A stretch of 64,000 nt of DNA from Terriglobales bacterium (GCA_963778195.1 CAVZTG010000008.1:310898-374897); one strand, 5' to 3'; shown: positions 42,666 to 53,173, counted from the first letter of the stretch. A program made the numbers and translations. Notes: generated by a model not told the origin, from the sequence alone.

Positions 42666-44137
42666 TCAGCGGGCGCGGGATACTTTTTTCGCAGTCTTCG
42701 TTGTCCTGGTAGTCCGGGTTGCCGGCGCGGGGCGCAACGTTTTCGGCGGCGCGGCCAAACGATAGCGCCGATATCGGCCGAGCAGCGACACTGGCCCTGA
42801 AACCTCGACCAGGGCATGGTCCTCGACAAATTCGCGTCGCAGCACCATCGCTCCCGCGTCGAGCGCGGCGAGCACGCCGCCTTCGGACTGGGGAATGCGG
42901 AACCAGGCCTGCTGCATGGGATCGGAGTGCAGCGCGGATTCGAGCGCGGTGAGCAACTCGTGCACGCCGGTCTTGCGCAGACCGGAGGCAAAAATTCCGT
43001 CTTCGCGCTGCCGCAGGATTTCTCTCTCTTCCGGCTTGAGCAGGTCGGCCTTGTTGAGCACTTCAATCCGCGGCTTGCTGCCGGCGCCCAACTCGGCCAG
43101 AACGCTCTCGACATCTTCCTTCTGCCGCTCGAGGGTGGGGCTGGACGCGTCGCGGACGTGAATGAGCACCTCGGCCTGCTCGACCTCTTCAAGGGTGGCG
43201 CGGAAGGAGGTGACCAGCGTGTGGGGCAGCTGGCGCACGAAGCCCACGGTGTCGGCCAGCAATACGCGGCGGCGCGAGGGAAGAACAATGGCGCGCAACT
43301 TGGGATCGAGGGTGGCAAACATGCGCGCCGACTCGAGCACGCCAGCCTGGGTGAGCGCGTTGAACAGCGTGCTCTTGCCCGCGTTGGTGTAGCCGACGAG
43401 CGCGACGGTCGGGACGGGAACGGTTTCGCGGCGCTGCCGCTGCTGGCGCCGGGTGCGCCGGACGGCCTCGAGCTGGCCGCGAATGTGGTCCATACGCCGC
43501 TCCAGCCGGCGCCGGTCGGTCTCGAGCTTGGTCTCGCCGGGACCGCGGGTGCCGATGCCGCCGCCGAGCTGGGACATGGCGGCGCCTCGCCCGGTGAGCC
43601 GGGGGAGGAGATATTCCAACTGGGCCAGCTCGACCTGCAGGTGGCCCTCACGGGTGCGGGCATGGCGGGCAAAAATATCCAGAATGAGCTGGGTGCGGTC
43701 TATGACGCGACAGGGCAGCTCGCGCTCCACATTTCGTAACTGCGACGGTGTCAAATTTTGATTGAAGAGAACCAGGTCGGCGTCCGCGCCGGCGACGATG
43801 GCTTTGATCTCTTCCAGCTTGCCGGTGCCGATCAGGGTAGCCGGGTCGGGCTGGCTGCGCCGCTGCAGCACTTCGGCGGAAATCTCGGCGCCGGCGCTGA
43901 CAGCGAGCTCGCGAAACTCCGCAACCTCTTCTTCAAAGCTGTCTATAAAGACCCCGGTCAGCGGCTCGCGCTCGTTGGACTTCAGGGGAGCGGCGGCGAG
44001 CTCCGCTGCTTCACATCCGAGCGAGCGTCGGGCGAGACGGGGACAGTGCCGCGCGCCAGCGCCCGCTGACTGCGTGCTCCCGGCTTGCGCGGCCTGGCCT
44101 TTAATTCAAGACACACGAGCACCGCGCGCTCGGCCAT
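42666..44137 (-). pseudogene. hflX: GTPase HflX, single frameshift near 44020 in the N-terminal domain
   Basis: The main frame (42666-43871, open upstream as ..[39 protein letters not shown]) carries the G1 motif GYTNAGKST. The N-terminal [11 protein letters not shown].. is in another frame (ORF 43982-44188, ATG at 44137). The gene lies 16-67 nt downstream of hfq. Confidence 0.85.
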
Positions 44138-44204
44138 ACCGCTCGCCCGGGTTGGCTGCGTCGGAGCAGAGGTTTTTTTCCGCTTCACTCGATGAGTTGA
44201 AATA

Positions 44205-44504
44205 CTAGGAACCTGTCGCTGCCTCTTCCGCGTGGCCTACTGACGTGGGCCCCGTGTGCGTGCCGTGAGTTGGCCGGTGCTCGGAGTGGATCACTGCCCT
44301 GCCACTGACCACAGTGGAAATAGCATGCTTGAAAATCAACTGCTCCTGGCTGTTGTTTTCCAGCAGCACTGAGTATTTATCGAAGGAACGAATCCGCCCC
44401 GTCAGCTTTACCCCACTCACCAGGTAAATCGTTATCGGGGTCTTGTCCTTGCGGACCGTGTTCAGAAAAGTGTCCTGAATATTTTGTGCCGGCTTGCCGT
44501 CCAT
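44205..44504 (-). CDS. hfq: RNA chaperone Hfq
   Basis: 99-aa ORF with the Sm1/Sm2 core ([51 protein letters not shown]). Confidence 0.95.
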   Translation of the reverse strand: MDGKPAQNIQDTFLNTVRKDKTPITIYLVSGVKLTGRIRSFDKYSVLLENNSQEQLIFKHAISTVVSGRAVIHSEHRPTHGTHTGPTSVGHAEEAATGS

Positions 44505-44774
44505 GCCGATCTCCTTAATCTCTCGGTTTGTTTAGTTCTTTATTGAATCCCATTTACGTCATTCAAACAGCGCCACTTGCAGACGACGCCCATTCAGACG
44601 ACACACCTGCCGCCTGCCCTTATTCTAAAACCTTCTTTTGCTCCCGGTGGGCCCAGGGTAAAAGAATTCGCCCCCTGCCTGCCTTTGGCAACCATGGCCG
44701 AGTTCCCCGGGCCGGTGGGTAATTTGATGCAGTAATCGCACAATCTACCGCCTCCTGCCGGCAACACCGCTCCG

Positions 44775-44918
44775 GGTGCTGCTTCGGGGGTGCTGCTTCG
44801 GGTACTGCTTCGGGGGGTGGTTGCTGAGTGCTACGATTTCCTCGGTCATGTCCTCCTCTGCCAGCCCGCCCGGCGCTCCGGTGCCTGAGTCCGGCGCTCC
44901 GGTGCCTGAGTCCGGCAG
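44775..44918. repeat. two short tandem repeat blocks: 14 bp x3 (ggtgctgcttcggg) and 21 bp x2.3 (ccggcgctccggtgcctgagt)
   Basis: The 14-bp units are at 44775-44816 and the 21-bp units at 44870-44918. Both lie in the hfq/DegT divergent region and reach into the annotated 5-prime end of the DegT ORF. Confidence 0.8.
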
Positions 44919-46093
44919 ATTCTCCGATACCAGTCGTGGACTTCAAACGCCAGTACGTGAGCCTTCGGGGAGAGATACTCGCGGCTCTTGAGCGGGCCTG
45001 CGACAGCCAGCAATTCATTCTCGGCAAAGAGGTTGTGGAGCTTGAGACGGCCGTCGCGTCGCGGTGCGCAGTGAGCTCGGCGGTGGGCTGCGCCTCGGGC
45101 ACGGACGCGCTCTGGCTGGGGCTGGCGGCGGCCGGAATCGGGGACCGGCCGGGCATGACGGTGGTGACGACGCCGTTCTCGTTTTTCGCCTCGGCCAGTT
45201 GCATATTGCGCGCCGGAGCCCGCCCCCTGTTTGCCGACATTGATCCTCACACTTTCAATCTCGACTTCGCGAGCGTGGCCGAAGTGCTCGGCCGGCCTGG
45301 CGCCCCTGAAGTCTCCGCCGTGCTGCCGGTGCACCTTTACGGCCAGTGCGCGGACATGACCGCATGCGAGGGGCTCAGGCAGCAACACGGATTCGTTGTT
45401 ATAGAAGACGCGGCCCAGGCCATTGGCGCTCTCTGGCAGGGGCGACCGGCCGGGTCGCTCGGCCAGGCTGCCGCCTTCAGCTTTTATCCCACCAAGAATC
45501 TCAGCGCCTTCGGCGACGCCGGAATTCTGACGACGGACGACGCGGCCCTCGCCGACCGGGCCCGCGCGCTGCGCAACCACGGGATGCGCCGCCGCTACTA
45601 CCACGACGAGATTGGCTGGAACTCGCGCCTGGATACGCTGCAGGCCGCCGTGCTGCTGGTCAAGCTCCGCTACCTCGCGGAGTGGAACCGGCGACGCCTG
45701 GAAGTCGCCGCGCTCTACGACCAGCTCTTCAAGCAGGCCCGGCTGGCGGTCTCGCTCGAGGACGCAGCCGCGGGAGCGCCCGGGGTGGTGCTTCCCTTCG
45801 TTGACCCGCGCGGCGTGCCGGTCTTTCATCAGTATGTCGTTCGGATCGGAGATGGCCGCCGCGATGCGGCCCGCGAATTTCTTCGCCGGCACAATATCGG
45901 ATCGGAGATTTACTATCCGCTGCCGATTCATCTGCAGCCGGCTCTTGAATCGCTCGGCTACCGCGCGGGAGATTTCCCGGTTGCCGAACGCGCCGCGCAG
46001 GAGGTGCTGGCGCTACCGATTTATCCCGAGCTGACGGCGGCGGAGCAGGAGCGCGTCGTCGCGACGCTGGCGGAATTCTGCGCAGGTCTCTGA
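44828..46093 (+). CDS. DegT/DnrJ/EryC1/StrS-family PLP-dependent aminotransferase (start uncertain)
   Basis: Conserved sequence begins at IPVVDFKRQY (about 44925) and includes SGTDAL and FSFYPTKNL (PLP Lys). The first ~30 codons of the ORF-track model are repeat-derived, and there is no ATG close to the conserved start. An out-of-frame ATG at 44848 is an alternative if there is a frameshift. Confidence 0.8.
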   Translation: MLRFPRSCPPLPARPALRCLSPALRCLSPADSPIPVVDFKRQYVSLRGEILAALERACDSQQFILGKEVVELETAVASRCAVSSAVGCASGTDALWLGLAAAGIGDRPGMTVVTTPFSFFASASCILRAGARPLFADIDPHTFNLDFASVAEVLGRPGAPEVSAVLPVHLYGQCADMTACEGLRQQHGFVVIEDAAQAIGALWQGRPAGSLGQAAAFSFYPTKNLSAFGDAGILTTDDAALADRARALRNHGMRRRYYHDEIGWNSRLDTLQAAVLLVKLRYLAEWNRRRLEVAALYDQLFKQARLAVSLEDAAAGAPGVVLPFVDPRGVPVFHQYVVRIGDGRRDAAREFLRRHNIGSEIYYPLPIHLQPALESLGYRAGDFPVAERAAQEVLALPIYPELTAAEQERVVATLAEFCAGL

Positions 46094-46146
46094 TCTGCAG
46101 GTCTCTGATCTGTGAGCCTTTGATCTGTGGGCCTCGGATCTGCGAG
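46084..46146. repeat. 15-bp tandem repeat x4 with phased GATCTG cores
   Basis: GATCTG occurs at 46092, 46107, 46122 and 46137, an exact 15-nt period. The units are gcaggtctctgatct / gcaggtctctgatct / gtgagcctttgatct / gtgggcctcggatct. The first unit contains the DegT stop codon. The array fills the convergent spacer to the acs stop (46150). Confidence 0.85.
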
Positions 46147-46149
46147 CGG

Positions 46150-48106
46150 CTAGCCCTCGTCGCTCTCTCGCAGCTGCGCGATGACTGAGAAATCCTCAAG
46201 CGTGGTGGTATCGCCCTTGATCTCGCCGGTGGAAGCCAGCTCGCGCAGCAGCCGGCGCATAATCTTTCCGCTGCGCGTCTTGGGCAGGCCGTCGGCGAAT
46301 CGCAAATCATCCGGCCGCGCCAGCGAGCCAATCTCTTTGGCTACCCAGGCGCGCAACTCCTCGCGCAACTCCGGTGAGGGAGTTTGCCCCATCTCGAGGG
46401 TCACGAACGCGGCGATTGCCTGCCCCTTCAGCTCGTCGGGCCGCCCGACGACGGCAGCTTCGGCGACCTTGGGATGCGCCACCAGCGCGGACTCCACCTC
46501 CATCGTGCCGAGCCGGTGGCCGGAGACGTTGATGACGTCGTCCACACGGCCCATCAGCCAGTGGTAGCCGTCGGAATCGCGGCGCGCGCCGTCGCCGGTG
46601 AAATATGCGCCCGGAACCTCGGACCAATACTGCTTGATGTAGCGATCGGGATCGCCGTGAATGGTCCGCGCCATCGAGGGCCACGGCTTGCGAATGACGA
46701 GCAGACCTCCCTGACCTTCCGGGACCGGCTCTCCGCTTCGGGTGACGACCTCGGGCACGATGCCGGGCAGCGGCAGCGTCGCCGAACCGGGCTTAGTCGC
46801 AACCGCACCGGGCGCGGGAGCGAGCATGATCGCGCCCGTTTCCGTCTGCCACCATGTATCCACAATCGGGCAACGATTTTTGCCGATGACTTCGCGATAC
46901 CACATCCAAGCTTCAGGATTGATCGGCTCGCCGACGGTGCCGAGCAGGCGCAGGCTGTTGAGCGACTTTCCTTCCACATGCTGCCTGCCCCACTTCATGA
47001 AGGCGCGAATCGCGGTAGGCGCGGTATAGAAGATGCTCACCCGGTGCGCGTCCACAATCTTCCAAAAGCGATCGGGCGCAGGAAAATTCGGCGCGCCCTC
47101 ATACATCAGGATGGTGGCTCCGTTGAGCAGCGGGCCATAGACGACGTAGGAGTGCCCGGTGACCCAGCCGATGTCGGCGGTGCACCAATAGACGTCGTCC
47201 TCGCGCAGGTCAAACACCAGCCTGGTCGAATAGGCGGTCTGCACACCGTATCCGCCGGTGGTGTGAACGATGCCCTTGGGCTTGCCGGTGGTGCCCGAGG
47301 TATAGAGGATGTAGAGCGGATCCTCCGCATCCATGGGCTCGGGCGGGCAGTGAGCGGGCGCCGCATCCATCAGGTCTTCGAGCCAGATGTCGCGGCCGGC
47401 CTTCATCGTGACCGCGGTCCCGGTGCAGAGATGCACGACCACGTGCTTGACCGAGGGACACTTCAGCACCGCCTCATCCACCGTGGCCTTGAGCCTGACC
47501 TCGGCGCCGCGGCGATGCGATCCATCCTGGGTGAGGACGGCGACGGCCTGGCGCATCCTGAATGCGGTCTACCAACGCCTGCGCGGCGAAGCCGCCGAAG
47601 ATCACCGAATGCACGGCGCCGATGCGCGCGCACGCCAGCAACGCCATGGCCAGCTCGGGACACATGCCCATATAGATGGCCACGCAGTCGCCCTTGCTGA
47701 TTCCGAGCGACTTGAGGCCGCTGGCAAAGCGCTCGACGCCGGCCAGCAGCTGGCGATAGGTGAGCCGGTGGATCTCGCCGGGCTCGCTCTCCCAGATAAT
47801 TGCGGTCTTGTCGGCGCGCGCGCCTTTGGCGTGGCGGTCCACACAGTTGTGGCAGAGGTTGAGCTTGCCGCCGACGAACCACCGGGCCCAGGGCTCATTC
47901 CACTCCAGCACCTTGGTCCACGGCTGGAACCAGTCGAGCGCTTGCGCGGCCTCGGCCCAGAACGCTTCGGGATCGGCGATGGAACGCTCATAGAGCTCGC
48001 GGTATTCTTCGATGCTCTTCACCTGCGCCTGGCTGGCAAACTCCGGCGGCGGATGAAAGACGCGGTCCTCATGCAGGCTGCTACTTAGATTTTCTTCCGT
48101 CGCCAT
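46150..48106 (-). pseudogene. acs: acetyl-CoA synthetase (AMP-forming), single frameshift near 47545
   Basis: N-terminal part in ORF 47474-48142 (start taken at MATEENL, about 48106). The rest is in ORF 46150-47556 ([19 protein letters not shown]-terminal SGKIMRR). At the junction, ..gatgcgccaggccgtc.. has one extra C relative to the frame that would give [14 protein letters not shown]. Confidence 0.9.
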
Positions 48107-48320
48107 ATCTCTCCCGAACACTGAATCGCAAACGTGACCCAAACTAAATCCGCCGCTCCCTCGCGTGCAAGAGTATCCACTGTATAAAATCCGTCGGCGA
48201 AATTTACCGCACTGTCACACAGGCATCTTTACAGCGGGGTTTCGATCTTGTTACAACGACCTCGCCGTCGCAATTCGTCTGTAGCCGCTTCACCACATTG
48301 TTAAAAAAACGAGGCTCCGC

Positions 48321-49679
48321 ATGCTGAGCTTTCTTGATCGGAGACACTCACTCGCGTCTCCCGGATATAACCGTTGGCTGGCCCCGCCGGCCGCACTCGC
48401 CATTCATCTCTCGATCGGCCAGGTCTATGCGTTCAGCGTTTTCAAGAACCCGCTGCTGGCGCTGGCGGCGCCGGACGGCAGCCATTGGAACCTCAAGGCG
48501 ATCGGCTATATCTTCTCGCTCGCCATCGGCGTGCTGGGGCTCTCGGCGGCGATTTTTGGCCAGTGGCTGGAGCGCGCCGGCCCGCGCAAGGCCATGTTCG
48601 TCTCCGCCATCTGCTTCGGCCTGGGCTTTTATGTCTCAGCGCTGGGCGTTTCGCAGCACTCACTGCTGCTGATCTACCTCGGCTACGGCCTGATCGGCGG
48701 CATCGGACTAGGACTCGGCTACATCTCGCCGGTCTCGACGCTGATCAAGTGGTTTCCTGATCGCCCCGGCCTCTCGACCGGGCTGGCCATCATGGGCTTC
48801 GGCGGCGGCGCGATGATCGGCGGACCGCTGGGCACGATGCTGATGGCTTATTTCAAGAACGAAGGCCGCGAGGCGATCGCCTACACGTGGATCGTCATGG
48901 GCACGCTCTACTGCATCTTCATGATGTTTGGCGTGTTCACGATTCGCATTCCGCACATGGACTGGCGGCCCGCGGGATGGACGCCGCCGGCCAAACCCAC
49001 GGCCCTGGTGACCAAGCACAATGTGGCGGTGAACACTGCGTTTCGCACGCCGCAGTTCTGGCTGCTGTGGGTGGTGCTCTGCGTCAACGTGACTGCCGGC
49101 ATCGGAGTGATCGAGCAGGCATCGCCGATGATTCAGGATCTGTTTCGCGTCTCCGCCTTTGCCGCGGCGGGGTTCGTGGGGCTGCTCAGCCTTTTCAACA
49201 TGGGCGGCAGATTCTTCTGGGCGTCGCTCTCTGATTACATCGGGCGCAAGAATACGTACTTCATCTTCTTCGTGCTGGGAGCGATCCTTTACTTCCTGCT
49301 TCCGCTCGCCTCCAGCATCGGCATCTTCGTGTCTCTGGCGTGCATTGTGCTGACGATGTATGGCGGCGGATTCGCCACCATCCCGGCTTATCTGAGAGAT
49401 CTGTTTGGCACACATCACGTGAGCGCGGTGCACGGCCGGCTGCTCACTGCGTGGTCGGTGGCAGGCATCTGCGGCCCACTACTCGTCAATGGGTTGTTGG
49501 ATCATTTTGTGCACACACATACCGGCATGACTCCGCTGGCGGCAAGACAAGAGGCTTATCCGCTGATTCTGCACATCATGGCGGGACTTCTGGTGATCGG
49601 CTTCTTCGCCAACCTAATGGTGCGGCCGGTAGCGGCAAAATATTGGATGCACACGTCACACGAAACCAAGGCGCAGTGA
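48321..49679 (+). CDS. MFS transporter, oxalate/formate-antiporter (OFA)-like family
   Basis: Intact 452-aa ORF with 12 predicted hydrophobic helices and an OFA-like N-terminus (GYNRWLAPPAALAIHLSIGQVYAFSVF). Confidence 0.85.
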   Translation: MLSFLDRRHSLASPGYNRWLAPPAALAIHLSIGQVYAFSVFKNPLLALAAPDGSHWNLKAIGYIFSLAIGVLGLSAAIFGQWLERAGPRKAMFVSAICFGLGFYVSALGVSQHSLLLIYLGYGLIGGIGLGLGYISPVSTLIKWFPDRPGLSTGLAIMGFGGGAMIGGPLGTMLMAYFKNEGREAIAYTWIVMGTLYCIFMMFGVFTIRIPHMDWRPAGWTPPAKPTALVTKHNVAVNTAFRTPQFWLLWVVLCVNVTAGIGVIEQASPMIQDLFRVSAFAAAGFVGLLSLFNMGGRFFWASLSDYIGRKNTYFIFFVLGAILYFLLPLASSIGIFVSLACIVLTMYGGGFATIPAYLRDLFGTHHVSAVHGRLLTAWSVAGICGPLLVNGLLDHFVHTHTGMTPLAARQEAYPLILHIMAGLLVIGFFANLMVRPVAAKYWMHTSHETKAQ

Positions 49680-49708
49680 AACACTAAGAGCGACAAGGAG
49701 AATCCCAC

Positions 49709-49858
49709 ATGGCAAGCACGAAGAAATCTCCCGTCTGGCTGGTGTTGCTGGCGTGGATTGTGGTGAGCGTACCTGCAGGCTGGGGCGTCTACAACACAAC
49801 GAAGAACGCGCTGAAGCTATTTCAAACCGCGCCCGCTGCGGCCCCCGCGAGCAAGTAA
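49709..49858 (+). CDS. small single-TM protein coupled to the MFS gene (candidate MFS small subunit)
   Basis: Not in the ORF track because it is under 60 aa. ATG at 49709 is preceded by AAGGAG at 49694-49699. The sequence is MASTKKSPVWLVLLAWIVVSVPAGWGVYNTTKNALKLFQTAPAAAPASK, with a TAA stop at 49856-49858. Confidence 0.6.
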   Translation: MASTKKSPVWLVLLAWIVVSVPAGWGVYNTTKNALKLFQTAPAAAPASK

Positions 49859-50077
49859 TAAGAGGCTGGGCAGCGAAGCAAGAGCATCAAACTCCGAGAG
49901 GCAGGCCACAACTGAGGGGTAATAGCAACGGTGTTGATTAACACCGAAGTGCTACCGCTATAACCCTAGTGGAGGCAAGTTTTTTATTGCGCGGAGCGGG
50001 GTGAACCATACGATAATGGGAACACCCCGACAGTAGTTCCGAATAAAACTGGAGGGGATTTGTAACCGCAGTTTTTC

Positions 50078-50101
50078 TGTCTGACATCCGCTTGTCAGAC
50101 A
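50078..50101. promoter_or_regulatory. perfect 9-bp inverted repeat TGTCTGACA-N6-TGTCAGACA (candidate operator) upstream of the TonB-like gene
   Basis: Read directly at 50078-50101, about 70-90 nt upstream of the 50168/50192 starts. No T-run follows on either strand, so it is not a typical terminator. Confidence 0.45.
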
Positions 50102-50167
50102 ATTCGGGATCCAGCCGTTCGCTGGCTGTGCGCGAGTAATTGGATTTCTTTTTCAGCCTGTGGCTTC

Positions 50168-51286
50168 TTGTCCGAGAGAGGGGATTTGAGCATGGATTAC
50201 AAGGATGACGGCAACGACATTGTCATCGACGACCGGTTTGGACTGTTACCCGACCCTCCGGGACGCCTGAAGTTTTTCCTGACCAGCATGGTGGCGAATG
50301 GGATCATCTTCGCCATACTGATGGTGTTGGCGTTGGCGGCACTGAAGCACAAAGAGATTGAGCAGTATGTCAGTACCCAGCTGGTACTGCCGGAGCAAAC
50401 TCCTCCGCCGAAGCCGAAGCCGCCACCGGTGGTGAAGGTAAAGGTTCCCCCACCGCCGCCGAAGCCGCTGCCGCCGAAGGTAGAGACACCTCCTCCTCCG
50501 CCGAAGCCGGTGCTGGTGAAGCTGGAGCAGCCCAAGCTGCCGAACATTCCAGCGGCTCCGCCGAAGGCGATACCGCCTCCGCCGCCGCCGCCGAAGGTTG
50601 GACTGTTCGCATCCGCTGCGACTCCGACCAAGCAGGCTAACAATATGAAGTCGCCCACGGTGAAGACGGGTGGGTTCGGCGATCCACAGGGTGTGACTCC
50701 GAACCCGAACGCGACCAAGCCGGCCAACATTGCTTCGATGGGCTCGTTCGACATGCCCAAGGGTGAGGCCCAGGGTGCGGGTCGAGCAGGAAAAGGCTCG
50801 GTCAAGGGTGTCGCCTTTGGTGCAGGAGTTGAAGGTGGGGTCCCGGGCGGAACCGGTCACGGCAAGGTAGCGGTGGCAGGATTCGCTAACGGTGTCGAGG
50901 GGGGTGTACCCGGAGGTACGGGCACCGGTCGCGGCACAGTAAAGGATGGCGGCTTTGGCAGCACGGTTGGCAATGCGCCTTCCGGCTCTCAAAAGGCTAA
51001 TAACGAACCCCGTACCACGCCGATTGAAGTTCTTGCTAAACCTGACCCGCGGCAGTATTACACAGCTGACGCCCGCAATTTGCGGATAGAGGGTGAGGTT
51101 GTCCTGAAGATCCGTGTGGATAAGGACGGACACGCCGAAGTTCTACAAGTTGTACGCGGGCTCGGTCACGGTCTGGATGAGGCAGCGGTGCAAATGGTTG
51201 GCATCACTCGCTTCAAACCGGCAATGGCTAATGGTCAGCTCATCGATCAGGTCACTATCTACCATGTAACCTTTTTGCTCTCTTAG
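50168..51286 (+). CDS. energy transducer TonB-family protein
   Basis: 372-aa ORF (TTG at 50168, first ATG at 50192). One TM helix, a Pro/Lys-rich spacer (PPPKPKPPPVVKVKVPPPPPKPLPPK..), a Gly-rich region and a C-terminal TonB domain (IEGEVVLKIRVDKDGHAEVLQVVRGLGHGLDEAAVQMV..FKPAM). Confidence 0.85.
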   Translation: MSERGDLSMDYKDDGNDIVIDDRFGLLPDPPGRLKFFLTSMVANGIIFAILMVLALAALKHKEIEQYVSTQLVLPEQTPPPKPKPPPVVKVKVPPPPPKPLPPKVETPPPPPKPVLVKLEQPKLPNIPAAPPKAIPPPPPPPKVGLFASAATPTKQANNMKSPTVKTGGFGDPQGVTPNPNATKPANIASMGSFDMPKGEAQGAGRAGKGSVKGVAFGAGVEGGVPGGTGHGKVAVAGFANGVEGGVPGGTGTGRGTVKDGGFGSTVGNAPSGSQKANNEPRTTPIEVLAKPDPRQYYTADARNLRIEGEVVLKIRVDKDGHAEVLQVVRGLGHGLDEAAVQMVGITRFKPAMANGQLIDQVTIYHVTFLLS

Positions 51287-51355
51287 TATTAACTCGTTAG
51301 CGGCATTAACAAAAATACGAACTGGGCCCATGATGGCTTAGTTCCTTCAACTCGG

Positions 51356-53089
51356 ATGGTTAAAAACTTTATGTCCCTTCGTCGAGCCTTAGTTTGTGGT
51401 CTGCTCTTGGTTGCCGGAACGCTGGCCCAGGCAAAAGACAAGAATACCCCGGTCGTTAGCCCGCTTACGGCGGAACAGAGCGGCGTAATTGACCGTTGTA
51501 TCGCGCGGGAGAAGGTTACCGTGCAGGCGTTGCAGGTCCATACGCCTGTGGTGGAAACCTACATCCAGCAAATGAAACCGGATGCTGTCGTGCTCACCAC
51601 GCCTGAATCCGACCAATACATCTTCGGCAGAATCTCGTTTGCCGGCCAGGTGGGTGAGAAGTCATACATCAATAAGAACGAGAAGGGCGGCTTCTTCCAC
51701 GGCTCCACTGCCTTCCTCGGCGGCCTCACCAAGGCGTTCAAGATGGAGTTTGTCCCGGCCGGCTTTGCCAACATGGCAGTGCTGGACGTAGGCAGCTTCG
51801 ATCGCGAACACTACGCCTTCTCCTATGTTGGTCGCGCTTTTCTGGGCGATGTGCGCACCTATGTGTTTGACGTCAGCCCGATCCCTGACAAGGCGCGCGG
51901 TCGCTTTCTTGGCCGCATCTGGGTCGAGGACCAGGGCAGCAACATCGTTCGCATGAACGGCGTCTATACGGGCAGCAACTTCGACGAACGCACCTTCTTC
52001 CACTTTGACAGCTGGCGCACCAACATCCAGCCCGGCCTGTGGCTGCCTTCAGAGATCTACATTGAGGAGACCAACTCCAAGAATGCAGAGCATCCGATCC
52101 GGTTCAAGGCGCAGTCCCGGCTGTGGGGCTATTCACTGAAGACGCCCACGCATGAGGACACCGCCGGCAACATCAAGGTGGAAAACGCGCAGGACGAATC
52201 ACAGGGCCAGGACATCAGCCCGCTGCAGGCAGAGCGCATGTGGGTCACGCAGGCAGAAACGAACATCCTGGACCGGCTGCAGACTGCCGGCCTGGTAGAC
52301 GCGCCCAGCTCAGAAGTTGACGGCCTGCTGGAGACGGTGACCAACAACATCATCGTCACCAACAACATCAACATGCAGGAGCCGATTCACTGCCGCGTGC
52401 TGATGACCGATCCTCTGGAATCGCTCGCGGTCGGCAACACCATCCTGCTCAGCCGTGGTCTGATTGACACGCTGCCGGATGAGTCGAGCCTGGCGATGGT
52501 GCTCTCATTCCAGCTGGCCCATATTCTTCTGGGTCACCGGATTGACACCAAGTATGCCTTCAACGACCGGCTGCTTTTCCCGAATGAGTCCACATTTGAG
52601 CGCATCCCGATGGGACACACGGCGGAAGACAATGCCGAGGCAGCGACCAAGGCATTTGACCTGCTCAAGAACTCACCTTACAAAGACAAGTTGGGCTCGG
52701 CTGGACTCTATCTGCGCCAATTGCAGGTGTTGGCACCGGCACTTGTAAACTTGAACACTCCCCGTATCGGCGACGCTATTGTCAAAGACATCAAAACGGG
52801 CGAGCCTTGGATGGAGCAGGTAATGCAAAAAGGCTCCAAATTGGAAGTTTCACGACTCGACCAGACAGCTGCACTTCCCCTGGGAAGCCGCATCCGGGTA
52901 GATTCTTGGGCCGACCAATTATTTCTGCTTCACGCCAAACCAGTTGCATACTACACTGCAAGAGACAAGATGCCGTTTGAAGTTACACCGGTGGCGATCC
53001 GTCTGACACGTTATACTGGCGCCACTACACCGAGCACGACCACAGCAACCAACGCCGGAACTACCGCAGACCCAGCTCCGCAACAGTAA
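51356..53089 (+). CDS. secreted hypothetical protein; N-terminal LolA-like region and M48-peptidase-like region with degenerate metal motif
   Basis: 577-aa ORF with signal peptide (LVCGLLLVAGTLAQA). The middle region LSRGLIDTLPDESSLAMVLSFQLAHILLGH resembles the M48 helix, but HExxH is replaced by HILLGH and there is no Glu. Confidence 0.5.
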   Translation: MVKNFMSLRRALVCGLLLVAGTLAQAKDKNTPVVSPLTAEQSGVIDRCIAREKVTVQALQVHTPVVETYIQQMKPDAVVLTTPESDQYIFGRISFAGQVGEKSYINKNEKGGFFHGSTAFLGGLTKAFKMEFVPAGFANMAVLDVGSFDREHYAFSYVGRAFLGDVRTYVFDVSPIPDKARGRFLGRIWVEDQGSNIVRMNGVYTGSNFDERTFFHFDSWRTNIQPGLWLPSEIYIEETNSKNAEHPIRFKAQSRLWGYSLKTPTHEDTAGNIKVENAQDESQGQDISPLQAERMWVTQAETNILDRLQTAGLVDAPSSEVDGLLETVTNNIIVTNNINMQEPIHCRVLMTDPLESLAVGNTILLSRGLIDTLPDESSLAMVLSFQLAHILLGHRIDTKYAFNDRLLFPNESTFERIPMGHTAEDNAEAATKAFDLLKNSPYKDKLGSAGLYLRQLQVLAPALVNLNTPRIGDAIVKDIKTGEPWMEQVMQKGSKLEVSRLDQTAALPLGSRIRVDSWADQLFLLHAKPVAYYTARDKMPFEVTPVAIRLTRYTGATTPSTTTATNAGTTADPAPQQ

Positions 53090-53173
53090 GATAGAACGAT
53101 AGACAGGCGTTGTGCATTGTTTACCTCCTCCGGGTTCGCTTAGAACCCGGAGATTAAAATTTAGTCCAGGAGA

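Noticed and set aside
49921-49960. 7-bp stem hairpin (CGGTGTT-GATT-AACACCG) after the MFS small-subunit gene, considered as a terminator.
   Set aside because: No T-run follows on either strand. It may still be a weak attenuator or processing site, but the evidence is insufficient to annotate it.
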